Assembly: GCA_964610875.1 (NCBI GenBank)
Contig: CAZSWP010000012.1
Location: 1 to 64,000 of the forward strand
DNA length: 64,000 bases
From: an uncultured archaeon
Lineage (GTDB): Archaea > Asgardarchaeota > Thorarchaeia > Thorarchaeales > Thorarchaeaceae
Direction of reading: 5' to 3'
Notes under the pieces: model-generated
Database searches by the model: none
Told to the model about the DNA's origin: nothing
The model's input: the letters and a program-made list of their open reading frames with translations, nothing else
In this document: positions 39,154-48,442 of the stretch, in pieces
Position numbering within the stretch: position 1 is the stretch's first letter
Layout of the letters: each line of letters opens with the position of its first letter
Translations under genes and position numbers: made by a program

Positions 39154-39546
39154 TTATAATGCTTGAGCAATTTGTCTTGCAATCTTACTCATCATAAAGA
39201 AAAGATATCCAAGGTTTACTCTACGATTAGTGAGTACTGCAAGAATTGCTGCTTCTCCTGCTCCACCAATAATGACATAACCGTTGTTCCCTTCGATTAG
39301 CATTCTTACGAGAGGGCCCCTCCTCAGTTCTTGGAACACTTTTCCGGTTGCCATTTGAATCTGGATGCAGCGGCCGGCAATCACATTTTCATCGGGTATT
39401 GTCACACCCGGTGCATCAGGGGGATAATGTGAACATATTGTAAGTCCCTGATCACGGTCAATGACTAGACTTGCCTGGATATTTCCTTGGGAAGCTCTGC
39501 TAAGGTCCTCGAGGAGTGATGTGAGTATTTCGGTCTTGGAAGACAT
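39154..39546 (-). CDS. Roadblock/LC7 domain protein
   Basis: alpha-beta-beta-alpha-beta-beta-beta-alpha pattern; IEG..GYVII, ILAVLT...VNLG. Confidence 0.9.
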   Translation of the reverse strand: MSSKTEILTSLLEDLSRASQGNIQASLVIDRDQGLTICSHYPPDAPGVTIPDENVIAGRCIQIQMATGKVFQELRRGPLVRMLIEGNNGYVIIGGAGEAAILAVLTNRRVNLGYLFFMMSKIARQIAQAL

Positions 39547-39634
39547 GTAAAATATACCTCCCTGGGCAGGCTCTCGACAATAGAAGATGTTTCGAGTATT
39601 TAAAGATGCTCAGGATAGACTCAGTATTATAAAG

Positions 39635-40408
39635 TTAGACTCTTTTTGCTCCAGCGGCCTTCAAAGCCCTAATAATCTTCTTGAGCCCATCTCCCATGTC
39701 ATCCTCAACATGATCTTCAAGATATGTGCCCTGAACAATGATTGAAGCTCCTGACTTTACACCACGAACAACATCGTCTGCTGTATTGAAACCGCCGCCG
39801 GTAATCACGGGTATGTCAATGTAGGTTGAAACCGTAGAAATCATCTCGCTAGGCACACCACCTCCATCAGCTCCACTTCCTGCCTCAAGATAGACCAGTT
39901 TGAAACCAAGGAGTTCTGCTGCCATTGCATACATGAGAGGAATCTTTGGCTTGTCTCGTGGGAACACTTTTGCATCACCCACCCATGCCGCGGTCTTTCC
40001 AGGAGCGACCATCAGGTAGGCCATTGGTATCGTTTCGATCTCGGCCATTTTCACACCTGCTGATGCAAGTGCCTGTGCTCCAATGATCCAATATGGATTA
40101 GTGGAATTCAGAAGACTCATGAAAAACATTGCATCTGCGTACTTGGAAACACCCGATATATTGCCTGGGAATAGAATGGTTGGAATTTCAACAGCGTCAG
40201 TGATTGCCTTTACTGCCTCATCAATGACACCAAAGATTGTACTACCACCTATCATTACTGCATCAGTGCCAGATTTTTCGGCAATCTGTGCAATATTGAC
40301 GACACGGTCAATTGTCATCTTTAGTGGGTCGGGGTCAAGTAAGGAAAAATGACAAGCGCCATCTGTGGCAATCTTTTCTTCTATGTACTTCCACACTTTT
40401 CCGGGCAT
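39635..40408 (-). CDS. Geranylgeranylglyceryl phosphate synthase (group II)
   Basis: LLDPD, MIGGST, ILFPG, SLLNS.NPYWI, YLEAGSGA. Confidence 0.95.
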   Translation of the reverse strand: MPGKVWKYIEEKIATDGACHFSLLDPDPLKMTIDRVVNIAQIAEKSGTDAVMIGGSTIFGVIDEAVKAITDAVEIPTILFPGNISGVSKYADAMFFMSLLNSTNPYWIIGAQALASAGVKMAEIETIPMAYLMVAPGKTAAWVGDAKVFPRDKPKIPLMYAMAAELLGFKLVYLEAGSGADGGGVPSEMISTVSTYIDIPVITGGGFNTADDVVRGVKSGASIIVQGTYLEDHVEDDMGDGLKKIIRALKAAGAKRV

Positions 40409-40481
40409 CTAACAGCCTCCAAATGGTGTGCATCGACCGATTGACCTGCTTTTTACGCTTGTGGTATATAACGGAAAGGTA

Positions 40482-41123
40482 TCACTCACTTGGTTTCCCA
40501 GTTCGTGGAAACGGAAGGATTCTGCCAGTATGCTCCATATATTCTGCGTACTCTTCTCCAAACACTTGTAGTAGGTATTTTTCTTCATAGAGTATCACGT
40601 TATAGTAACCCGGAATACCAATCAACAGTATCAGTGAAACTACGGAAGGCACTAAGAATACAATTCCCAGGAAACAGAGAATATACGACGTATATGAGGG
40701 ATGTCTCACTTGGGAATAGGGACCACGTGTGATAAGGACATGTTGATTACTCATGGCCCATGACGAAGCCATGTCATGACGTACGTATCTCGACCAACCA
40801 TGAATAACAATACCAATGGTAAGGAGTATTAACCCAATAAACCATAGTGCAAATGGTGCATCGTAGAGGGGTATCATTAGCATAACTAAAAATTCTCCAG
40901 TATTACTGACCCAAGCTATTGGAAACAACAGTGCCAGACAAAAAGATAGGAGTGTTGCTATCGTTACAGCTGCCATAGTACCATTGGGCACACTGGTTGC
41001 GGGTTCTGAAAACACTGTACTATTTTCTCGGTGTATTTTTGCCAGGTCAAGTTTTAGATGAAGTAACACATCCACTGTTGCAAAAATTCCTATGACAGGT
41101 CCTACCAAGAAGAAATCAAGCAT
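40482..41123 (-). CDS. ICMT/PEMT family membrane methyltransferase
   Basis: LITRGPYSQVRHPSYT, EEKYL...FGEEY..Y. Confidence 0.88.
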   Translation of the reverse strand: MLDFFLVGPVIGIFATVDVLLHLKLDLAKIHRENSTVFSEPATSVPNGTMAAVTIATLLSFCLALLFPIAWVSNTGEFLVMLMIPLYDAPFALWFIGLILLTIGIVIHGWSRYVRHDMASSWAMSNQHVLITRGPYSQVRHPSYTSYILCFLGIVFLVPSVVSLILLIGIPGYYNVILYEEKYLLQVFGEEYAEYMEHTGRILPFPRTGKPSE

Positions 41124-41274
41124 ACCGCAAACTCTACTGCCTTCATCAAAAACCTATCCCTGAATATAGGTCATAGACTGCTGGAACGTGATTATCACAG
41201 GATACCACGTCAGCAGCAAACGTGAGCGAGAGATCATTTATGCGTAACTCTGATATTAATCGATGGTGATTCTC

Positions 41275-41568
41275 ATGCAGACTGCGGATGAGGTAAAGTG
41301 TACCATTCATCTTCATAAGAGGGATTTGAAGCAGCAGTATAAATTGAAGAGTATTGCCATCTTCGGTTCCTATGTTAGAGGACAATAGAGAGAGGATAGT
41401 GATTTAGACATTCTTGTAGAGTTTTCCGAACCATTCATTCTGCTAGATATTGTTTCCCTTGAGAACAATCTCACAGACCTATTGGGTATTCAAGTTGTTT
41501 TCATCTCCAAGAAGAATATACGCAAGGAATTACGAAGCACGATACTAGAGGAGGCTGTTCCTCTATGA
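41275..41568 (+). pseudogene. MNT (minimal nucleotidyltransferase) antitoxin with in-frame TAG at 41386-41388
   Basis: IAIFGSYVRGQ*REDSDLDILVEF...LTDLLG...ILEEAVPL. Confidence 0.9.
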
Positions 41569-41915
41569 AGAGGTCCTTTCTGATCTACATCGATGACATT
41601 ATCAAATACATGGAATGAGCTGAAGAATACGTTGATGAAATGTACTTCAAGGAATTTTCAGCTGACCAAAAGATGTGTGATGCAACGATACGGTGCCTTG
41701 AAGTGATAGGAGAAGCCACCAAAAAGATTCCGGAGGATATCCGTACGAAACATAAGGATATTCCTTGGCGTGCGATGACGGGAATGCGGGATAAAATAAT
41801 CCATAGTTACTTTACCGTTGATCTAGAAGCGGTGTGGCTTGTGATTAAGGAAAACATACCTGAACTAAAGATATTACTAAAACAGATTCGTGAAACACAC
41901 AAGGATTCTATCTGA
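41565..41915 (+). pseudogene. HEPN (DUF86) toxin with in-frame TGA at 41616-41618
   Basis: MKRSFLIYIDDIIKYME*AEEYVDEM...DATIRCLEVIGEA...IPW...GMRDKIIH.Y; ATGA overlap with MNT. Confidence 0.88.
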
Positions 41916-42040
41916 TATCATCAAGTATGACAGACAATACCTGATAGAATAATAACAACTCTTTCATTCAACAGAAACTTCACATATACCCAAGCTTCAA
42001 TGACTGATTGTAAGGCACATCATCATCTGAGAAAAATGAT

Positions 42041-44002
42041 TTATTCCACATTTGACAGGTACTCTGTGATCATCGCAGCAATCTGCCCATCTGTATAATG
42101 CTGCGAGCTGATTGCACCACTGGGACAGGTTGAGGTACAAGTGCCACATCCCTTGCACAGGGCGGGATTTATCTCAGATACACCACGCTCATTGAGTCTG
42201 ATTGCATTGTACGGACAGACCGAGATGCAGACCTGACACCCAGCACACTTCTCTTCATCCACCACGCTGTAATATGGTTCAACAGAAACCTTACCCTTGC
42301 CCATCAGAGCCATAGCACCGGCAGCTGCTGCTTTAGCTTGCGCAACTGTATCAGGGATGTCCTTTGGTCCCTGAGCCATCCCTGCCACAAAGATACCATC
42401 ATTGAAGGAATCTACCGGTCTGAGTTTGGGATGTGCTTCAAGTAAGAATCCATCAGGAGACTGGCTTAGATTCAAGACTTTTGCAATATCTTTCGCTTTT
42501 GCAGGTGGAACAACTCCAGTGGACAGAACAACAACATCAACATCACTAAGAGTGATTGGCTTTCCAAGCAGGGTGTCTTCACCACGGACTACAAGTGAAT
42601 GGTCCTCGTTCTCAAAAATCTCACCAACACGACCACGGATGAATGTTACTCCTGCATTTGCTGTACTCTCATAGAACTCTTCGTATCCCTTTCCAAAGGT
42701 ACGCAGGTCAATATAGAATATCCAGATTTGAGCACCTGTCTTGTCACGGATCATACGAGCTTGTTTTATAGCTGTCATACAACAGACTCTGCTACAGTAA
42801 CGGTTTGTGCGCTCATCACGACTTCCAACACATTGCACGTATACGATTTTCTTTGGCTCCTGTAAATCCGAGGGACGAACGATATGACCCTGAGTAGGAC
42901 CTGAAGCACTGAGCATCCTCTCAACCTCTGCCAGATTGACAACATTGGGAAACTCTCCATAACCATATTCTTGCTTCTTAGTGGCATCGAATATCTCGAA
43001 GCCCGTAGATACAATAATGGTGCCGACCTTGACCTTTATCTCCTTTTCAGCATCATCATAGTTGATTGCTCCAGCCTCACATGCATCCTTGCACTTACCA
43101 CAGCGAACAGCATCAACACCTAAACAGTTGTTCATATCCAATAGGTAAGCTGAAGGTACAGCCTGAGCGAAGGGAATGTAGATAGCTTTTCGATATGCGA
43201 GATTAGCATCAAACTCACTGGGAATATCAACCGGACATATCTCAGAACAATCACCACAAGAGGTACATGTTTCAACATCGACATAACGGGGTTTCTGTTT
43301 GATGGTCACTTCGAAGTTGCCAACAAACCCATCGAGTTTGGATACTTCTGCCATAGTGATGAGGTCAATATTGGGATGTGCACCGGCCTCAGCCATTCGT
43401 GGTGTGAGAATACAAGATGAGCAGTCCAAAGTCGGGAATGTCTTATCGATACGTGCCATATTTCCGCCAATAGTAGGTTCTTTTTCTATCATGTACACTT
43501 TGAAACCAGCGTTTGCAAGATCAAGTGCAGCTGAGATACCAGCGATGCCAGCACCAATAATCAGGGAGGTCTTCTCGATATCAACTTCTATCTCGTCGAG
43601 GGGTTCGAGAAGACGTGTTCTAGCAATAGCCATTCGTGTGAGGTCTATCGCTTTCTGTGTGGCTGCTTCGGGATTGTCGGCATGGATCCAGCTCACATGC
43701 TCGCGGATGTTCGCAATCTCCAATTGATATGGATTGAGACCTGCTTCCCGCATGGTCTGTCGAAAAGTAGGTTCGTGCATCCTTGGAGAGCATGCAGCAA
43801 TGACAATACCATCAAGTCGATGTTCCTTGATTCTGTCTTTCAATATCTGCTGTCCCGGTTTGGAACAGACATATTTGTAGTCTTCAGCATGTTCAACATT
43901 TGGTAGGTCTTTGACTGCTTCAATGACCGCATCGACGTCCACGACGCTAGCAATGTTGGATCCACAGTGACAGACGAATACACCGATCCGTTTCTCAGGC
44001 AT
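42041..44002 (-). CDS. hdrA: Heterodisulfide reductase subunit A (Cys form)
   Basis: VFVCHCG.NI, AACSPR.HE, GAGIAG, KTFPTLDCSSCILTP, QCVGSRD, CSRVCC, C-terminal ferredoxins. Confidence 0.97.
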   Translation of the reverse strand: MPEKRIGVFVCHCGSNIASVVDVDAVIEAVKDLPNVEHAEDYKYVCSKPGQQILKDRIKEHRLDGIVIAACSPRMHEPTFRQTMREAGLNPYQLEIANIREHVSWIHADNPEAATQKAIDLTRMAIARTRLLEPLDEIEVDIEKTSLIIGAGIAGISAALDLANAGFKVYMIEKEPTIGGNMARIDKTFPTLDCSSCILTPRMAEAGAHPNIDLITMAEVSKLDGFVGNFEVTIKQKPRYVDVETCTSCGDCSEICPVDIPSEFDANLAYRKAIYIPFAQAVPSAYLLDMNNCLGVDAVRCGKCKDACEAGAINYDDAEKEIKVKVGTIIVSTGFEIFDATKKQEYGYGEFPNVVNLAEVERMLSASGPTQGHIVRPSDLQEPKKIVYVQCVGSRDERTNRYCSRVCCMTAIKQARMIRDKTGAQIWIFYIDLRTFGKGYEEFYESTANAGVTFIRGRVGEIFENEDHSLVVRGEDTLLGKPITLSDVDVVVLSTGVVPPAKAKDIAKVLNLSQSPDGFLLEAHPKLRPVDSFNDGIFVAGMAQGPKDIPDTVAQAKAAAAGAMALMGKGKVSVEPYYSVVDEEKCAGCQVCISVCPYNAIRLNERGVSEINPALCKGCGTCTSTCPSGAISSQHYTDGQIAAMITEYLSNVE

Positions 44003-44513
44003 TTTTGTAATCCTCTGGACGAGCTCAAATCCTGTCGAGCTTTTGAGTCGAGAATCACGTGAAAGTAATAAAGCGTTCGGATAGGGGGCTTAACAATGTG
44101 AAGTCCAATATGACCATAATCCATCATCATTTTCGTTTTTGCTTATCGCTAGAATCAGAGGAATAGACATTGATGAAATTTTCAATTGCCTTCCGTTTGT
44201 TCTCCGCCTTCTCAAGTAATTCAATTGTTAGTTTCTTGTATGTTCTTGGTTTCGAATCAAGAACCGTTTACATAGCTCTCGCACTTCTGGTATCAGTCCT
44301 TCTGGATGTTGCTGTGTTTGTTACTGGTACTCCTTTCCCATTAGAGAAGCTTGGAATGAACACCTGGGCATTCATCACGTTAGGACTGATGATGGCTCTG
44401 TGGTCATAATACAGTAGCAAGGGAACGCAAATACTGTATTCATCCTCACCTTTTTCCTAAATCCTCATAGCTTATCAGGCACAAATGCACATCAGAAATA
44501 TGGGTGTCAAATC

Positions 44514-45854
44514 ATGACTCAGGATAAACTCCCCACTACTGCTGTCTTCTGGGATATAGAAAACGTGCAGGACGATCAAGTCACTCATGAGCGACTCACA
44601 AAAGCTGTAAAGGAGTCTGGGGACATAATACGTGCATACGCATTTGCTGACTGGGACACTCGCCGATTTGTGGCAGAGAATCTGCACCAGTTAGGATATG
44701 ATTTGATACATGTTCCAGATTATCGTGATAACGCTGCAGACTACAAGATGGCTGCGTATATTCTAGAGCATCTTGTTCGCTATCCTGAAACAAAGAAATA
44801 CGTAATGGTCACAGGAGATGGCGATTTCAAACTGATTGCTGGAGCTCTGAGAGAAAAGGGCTTGGACCTCTGGATAATCAGCAATCCCATCATTACATCC
44901 TCGGAACTGACAGATATTGCTACACAGTACTCGGATATCTACTCTTTTAGACCGATCACTCTAGAGTGCTCTACACCGGAAGACTGCAAAGCTCTCGGAA
45001 TGACGATGGAGGAGATTAGGGAGATTGCGGTGACAAAACTGCAAGAAGCGGTCTTGGAGATCAATGAGTCCGGAAATAGTCCCGGGATTGGACATGTTAA
45101 ACACGTCATGACCGCACTCAACCCTGGCTTCAATGAGAAAAGATTGGGTTTTAAGAACTGGTCTGATTTTCTTACATGGGCGGAGTCTAAGGATTACATT
45201 GCGTTAGAAGGCGAAATGCCTGGTACTATCATCAAGATACCTGAAGATATGACTTCGCAAGTACAGAAGCACTCAGAAGAATCCACGCGTGCATTCAAGA
45301 GTTTCTGTTCTCTTGTTGAACAACACGTAGATGAGGGACAAGCCCCTAGCCTAGAGATCCTTAGCACTTCATTAGAAAAGCCCGATATAGATTTTCAAGA
45401 ACTAGGTTATACCACTCTTGCAGACTTTATTCTTGCAGCGGAAAAAAGGGGATTTGTACGTATCATCTCAGATGGGTCAGAAGACTCTGTTGAAGCGCCA
45501 AAGATCATACCCGGAATGAATCCCGAGCGAGTGAAGGCATGGTTTGAAGAAAAAGTCACTGAACTCTATGGAGAGTCGGTAAATGTGCCGAAGAGAGGAT
45601 TTCTCGAACGCATCTCCGATATGCTTCTTGAAACTCGAATCACTCTTGGAAAATTGGAAAACTACTTGAGGGATGAGAATCTCCAAAAACAATACCGCGC
45701 TATTCTTGACGCAAGTGACCTACCGTTCTTGCCACCATACCAGATGTCCTTCTTGTATATCCTTCTTGGACAAGGTCTGAGTTGTGAGAAAGCAATAGAA
45801 CGTGTAAACAGAGAACTGGAACCTCTCGCAATAGTTCTGTCTTGTCCAGAATGA
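44514..45854 (+). CDS. NYN-domain ribonuclease with LOTUS/OST-HTH domains
   Basis: AVFWDIENV, NAAD, VTGDGDF; F.EKRLGFK..SDFL and F.ELGY..LADFI repeats. Confidence 0.9.
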   Translation: MTQDKLPTTAVFWDIENVQDDQVTHERLTKAVKESGDIIRAYAFADWDTRRFVAENLHQLGYDLIHVPDYRDNAADYKMAAYILEHLVRYPETKKYVMVTGDGDFKLIAGALREKGLDLWIISNPIITSSELTDIATQYSDIYSFRPITLECSTPEDCKALGMTMEEIREIAVTKLQEAVLEINESGNSPGIGHVKHVMTALNPGFNEKRLGFKNWSDFLTWAESKDYIALEGEMPGTIIKIPEDMTSQVQKHSEESTRAFKSFCSLVEQHVDEGQAPSLEILSTSLEKPDIDFQELGYTTLADFILAAEKRGFVRIISDGSEDSVEAPKIIPGMNPERVKAWFEEKVTELYGESVNVPKRGFLERISDMLLETRITLGKLENYLRDENLQKQYRAILDASDLPFLPPYQMSFLYILLGQGLSCEKAIERVNRELEPLAIVLSCPE

Positions 45855-46002
45855 AGTTTTATCTTGAATTCTACTATATCCCCAGTCAACTATCAAGAGA
45901 TATGTTCAGGTTGTTAACAGGCGCCATTGGAAGGTACAACTGTTAAACACACGTAGCCTTTTTCTTCTTCCATGTACTATACATGTATGAGGTTGGAAAT
46001 TA

Positions 46003-46155
46003 GTGTTGGATTCGGATTCAAGACCTAAAACACCATTACCCGATTGTTATGGCGGGTATAGTTCAAAAGAGATTTCTTGTCAAAATTGTGACTGGTCTGC
46101 TGACTGCAGAAAAACAACCGAGGATACACTAAGGAAACTGGGGGAAGACATCTAA
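46003..46155 (+). CDS. 50-aa Cys4 microprotein (below the ORF-track cutoff)
   Basis: GAGG RBS then GTG; MLDSDSRPKTPLPDCYGGYSSKEISCQNCDWSADCRKTTEDTLRKLGEDI*. Confidence 0.55.
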   Translation: MLDSDSRPKTPLPDCYGGYSSKEISCQNCDWSADCRKTTEDTLRKLGEDI

Positions 46156-46307
46156 TCCGCGTATAATCCTGACCTAAGATGTGAAAACATCAGCTGGTAG
46201 ATAATCAGCAATCATGAGCATTGGACTCGCAATACTAGAGAACTGACTATATTAGGTATCTAGCACATTATGTAGTATAAGCACCACTCTGGAGTGTGTC
46301 ATAACAG

Positions 46308-47741
46308 ATGGAAGATCTCTATGAAAAGTATGGTTCTGCAGTGGATAGACTAGCAGACACTTCTGCATCTGTTGATGTGTTCCAAAGGCAATTTGGTGCA
46401 GAGCTTACTTCTTGGGAGCTAGAACATCAGAAACGGTTTCAGCGGCGGATATCTTCAACCAAGAGCTCCTACCGTGGATATGTACATTACACAAGGGATA
46501 CATCCGTTGTCTTACTCAGTCCGAGTCCTTGGCTTCTTGAGGGAGTGCTCGTATACATACAGCGGGACCAAGAATTACCTCCTGAGAATATATTAGTGGA
46601 GATAACAGGTCGGAACATTCTTGCTCCTAGAATACTTCAAAACAGAGGTGACTCGGTGAGAGCTATTTCTGTGGATGAGATTCAGATTATTGGTGAAAAC
46701 ATAACCGACAACATTCATCCTAATACAAACCTTAGAGACCTCTCAAAGATGTTGTTTGAGCATGTTGGTATGGCTGAGGCGAGTAAACGAGTCTTTGCTA
46801 GGTTGTTTGTGTCCAGTCCGCCACATGAAGGTGCAATCGGTGGTCTGACAACGGGTATCCAAGCACTAGCATCGGAGAGAAAGGTGCAGCGCCTCTTCTC
46901 ATTGATCAAATCTGTCGTTCCTCCAGCACTTAGAGGTAAAGGAGCTACCTCTGTGAACTTCAGAGGTATTCGCGTTCCCAAACCGAAGATATGGCGCTTA
47001 GAGTCTGGAAAGACGGTGAGGTCCAAACTTGAGGAATTATGTATCAGGCGAAGAGACCCTTCTGGGTTCAGTGAGGTCTCTCTTGGTACAATGACCACGC
47101 AATCTACAGCAGCATTACCAGATGTTCCGATTGCTCTCACATCTGAGGAATTTTGGATAGAAACTCGGAATGCGTCAGAATTGCGATTACCCATCACTAA
47201 AGCAGCGATTACTTACAAACTGTTGAATCCAAGTGTGTCCCATCAATCAATTGATGCAGGAACGAAACACGCTCTAAAACGATTAGAAGTCATCAAAGAG
47301 AGTTTTGGACTTGAAAACTCTGCACTTAGTAGAGGTAATGTCCTAGATGCAGACGCGCTGGGTAGACCAATGAGTATGATACGACTAGCATTATCCTCAG
47401 CACGAGCATATTGGAAAGAAAAGATAACAGTGAAGCAATTGAAACGTGAATGGGACCGAGTATTGGAACCAGCCTTGCGTGAGTTTCTTGAGTTGTCTGA
47501 CATCAAGGAGAAAGCTGAGGCAAGATGGGGCAAAGATAGTCGCTATGACCGTTATGATAGTCGAATTCTAAAAGCATTAGAAAAACTGGACGCAGGAAAG
47601 ACTGGGTCTCTTGGACCAAAACTAGCTGAGATTGCAGAAGAAGCTGGAGTTGAGCAGCACGAGACTGCTCAGACTCTTACAAAAATGAAAGAAGATGGAA
47701 CTGTATATGAACCTCGCATCGGACATTACAGACTTGTATAA
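46308..47741 (+). CDS. Divergent MCM-like protein lacking recognisable Walker motifs
   Basis: C-terminal ...KMKEDGTVYEPRIGHYRLV resembles the archaeal MCM winged helix; SMIRLALSSARA...ITV resembles the MCM lid/sensor-2 helix. Confidence 0.6.
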   Translation: MEDLYEKYGSAVDRLADTSASVDVFQRQFGAELTSWELEHQKRFQRRISSTKSSYRGYVHYTRDTSVVLLSPSPWLLEGVLVYIQRDQELPPENILVEITGRNILAPRILQNRGDSVRAISVDEIQIIGENITDNIHPNTNLRDLSKMLFEHVGMAEASKRVFARLFVSSPPHEGAIGGLTTGIQALASERKVQRLFSLIKSVVPPALRGKGATSVNFRGIRVPKPKIWRLESGKTVRSKLEELCIRRRDPSGFSEVSLGTMTTQSTAALPDVPIALTSEEFWIETRNASELRLPITKAAITYKLLNPSVSHQSIDAGTKHALKRLEVIKESFGLENSALSRGNVLDADALGRPMSMIRLALSSARAYWKEKITVKQLKREWDRVLEPALREFLELSDIKEKAEARWGKDSRYDRYDSRILKALEKLDAGKTGSLGPKLAEIAEEAGVEQHETAQTLTKMKEDGTVYEPRIGHYRLV

Positions 47742-47748
47742 TGATTCA

Positions 47749-48345
47749 CTATTTGAAATAGTCAAAGAATTCTTCTGGCTCACTACCTTCCTCGATGAGT
47801 TCGATATCTTGAACTCCTACCCTCTCTGCATCGTAACGTCTTGCAATGATGGTTGCATCAAACTTCTCTCTGGCAGAAGCTTCTTCGCCACGCCAGACAA
47901 AGATATCATCCCAAGTATCCAACACAAAGACGTCATCGCTCTTTAGAGAATCGCGTGAGAGTGGTACTTCAGCAAAGAAGGTTTCATCACCTTCTCTATG
48001 TACGCGCCAGAGCTTGTACTCTTTGGTTTCCAAACGGACCTTTTTCAGAATTCCCTCTGTATCCTCATCAGTAAGCTCAAAGTCATCGAAAAGGCTCTTG
48101 AAGTGTTCTGGTTCCTGTCCGCCATCTATTCTATCAATGTCGGCATGTCCCTTACGTGCGGTATCTCGAAAGACCGCCTCTGCTGCTGTAAGGAACTTTT
48201 CATCTACTGAACTGTTCGGACCTATCCAGAGATAGATTTTAGGTCCTGCATCAACTAGATAACAGTCCCCTCGTCCAAACTTTCCAGGGTCCTTCATCAG
48301 AACAAGATTTCCCTTTTGCACGTGGTATACATCTGGTTCTCCCAT
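47749..48345 (-). CDS. Two-domain gelsolin-family protein (Asgard 2DGel type)
   Basis: GDCYLVD...IYLWIG..SS.DEK and L.SDDVFVLD....IFVW.G..AS..EK, EGSEPEEFF. Confidence 0.93.
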   Translation of the reverse strand: MGEPDVYHVQKGNLVLMKDPGKFGRGDCYLVDAGPKIYLWIGPNSSVDEKFLTAAEAVFRDTARKGHADIDRIDGGQEPEHFKSLFDDFELTDEDTEGILKKVRLETKEYKLWRVHREGDETFFAEVPLSRDSLKSDDVFVLDTWDDIFVWRGEEASAREKFDATIIARRYDAERVGVQDIELIEEGSEPEEFFDYFK

Positions 48346-48442
48346 ATACTGCTCTCCTGAGTATTTTATTTCACTCGGACATACCTAGAATGAGCCTTAA
48401 GTTATGTGTGGATGAACCTAAGTAGTATCTGTGTGATGGATA

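Noticed and set aside
41143-41175. SECIS-like hairpin on the minus strand (ATGA-CCTAT...ATAGG...TGAT)
   Set aside because: GA pairs are out of register, there are no apical adenines, and no TGA-containing gene lies upstream on that strand.
42041-44002. HdrA as a selenoprotein
   Set aside because: Uninterrupted frame; relevant residues use TGC/TGT.
44126-44450. ORF 44170-44409 (+) and fragmentary minus-strand frames
   Set aside because: No RBS or family motif; possibly a decayed gene but not identifiable.
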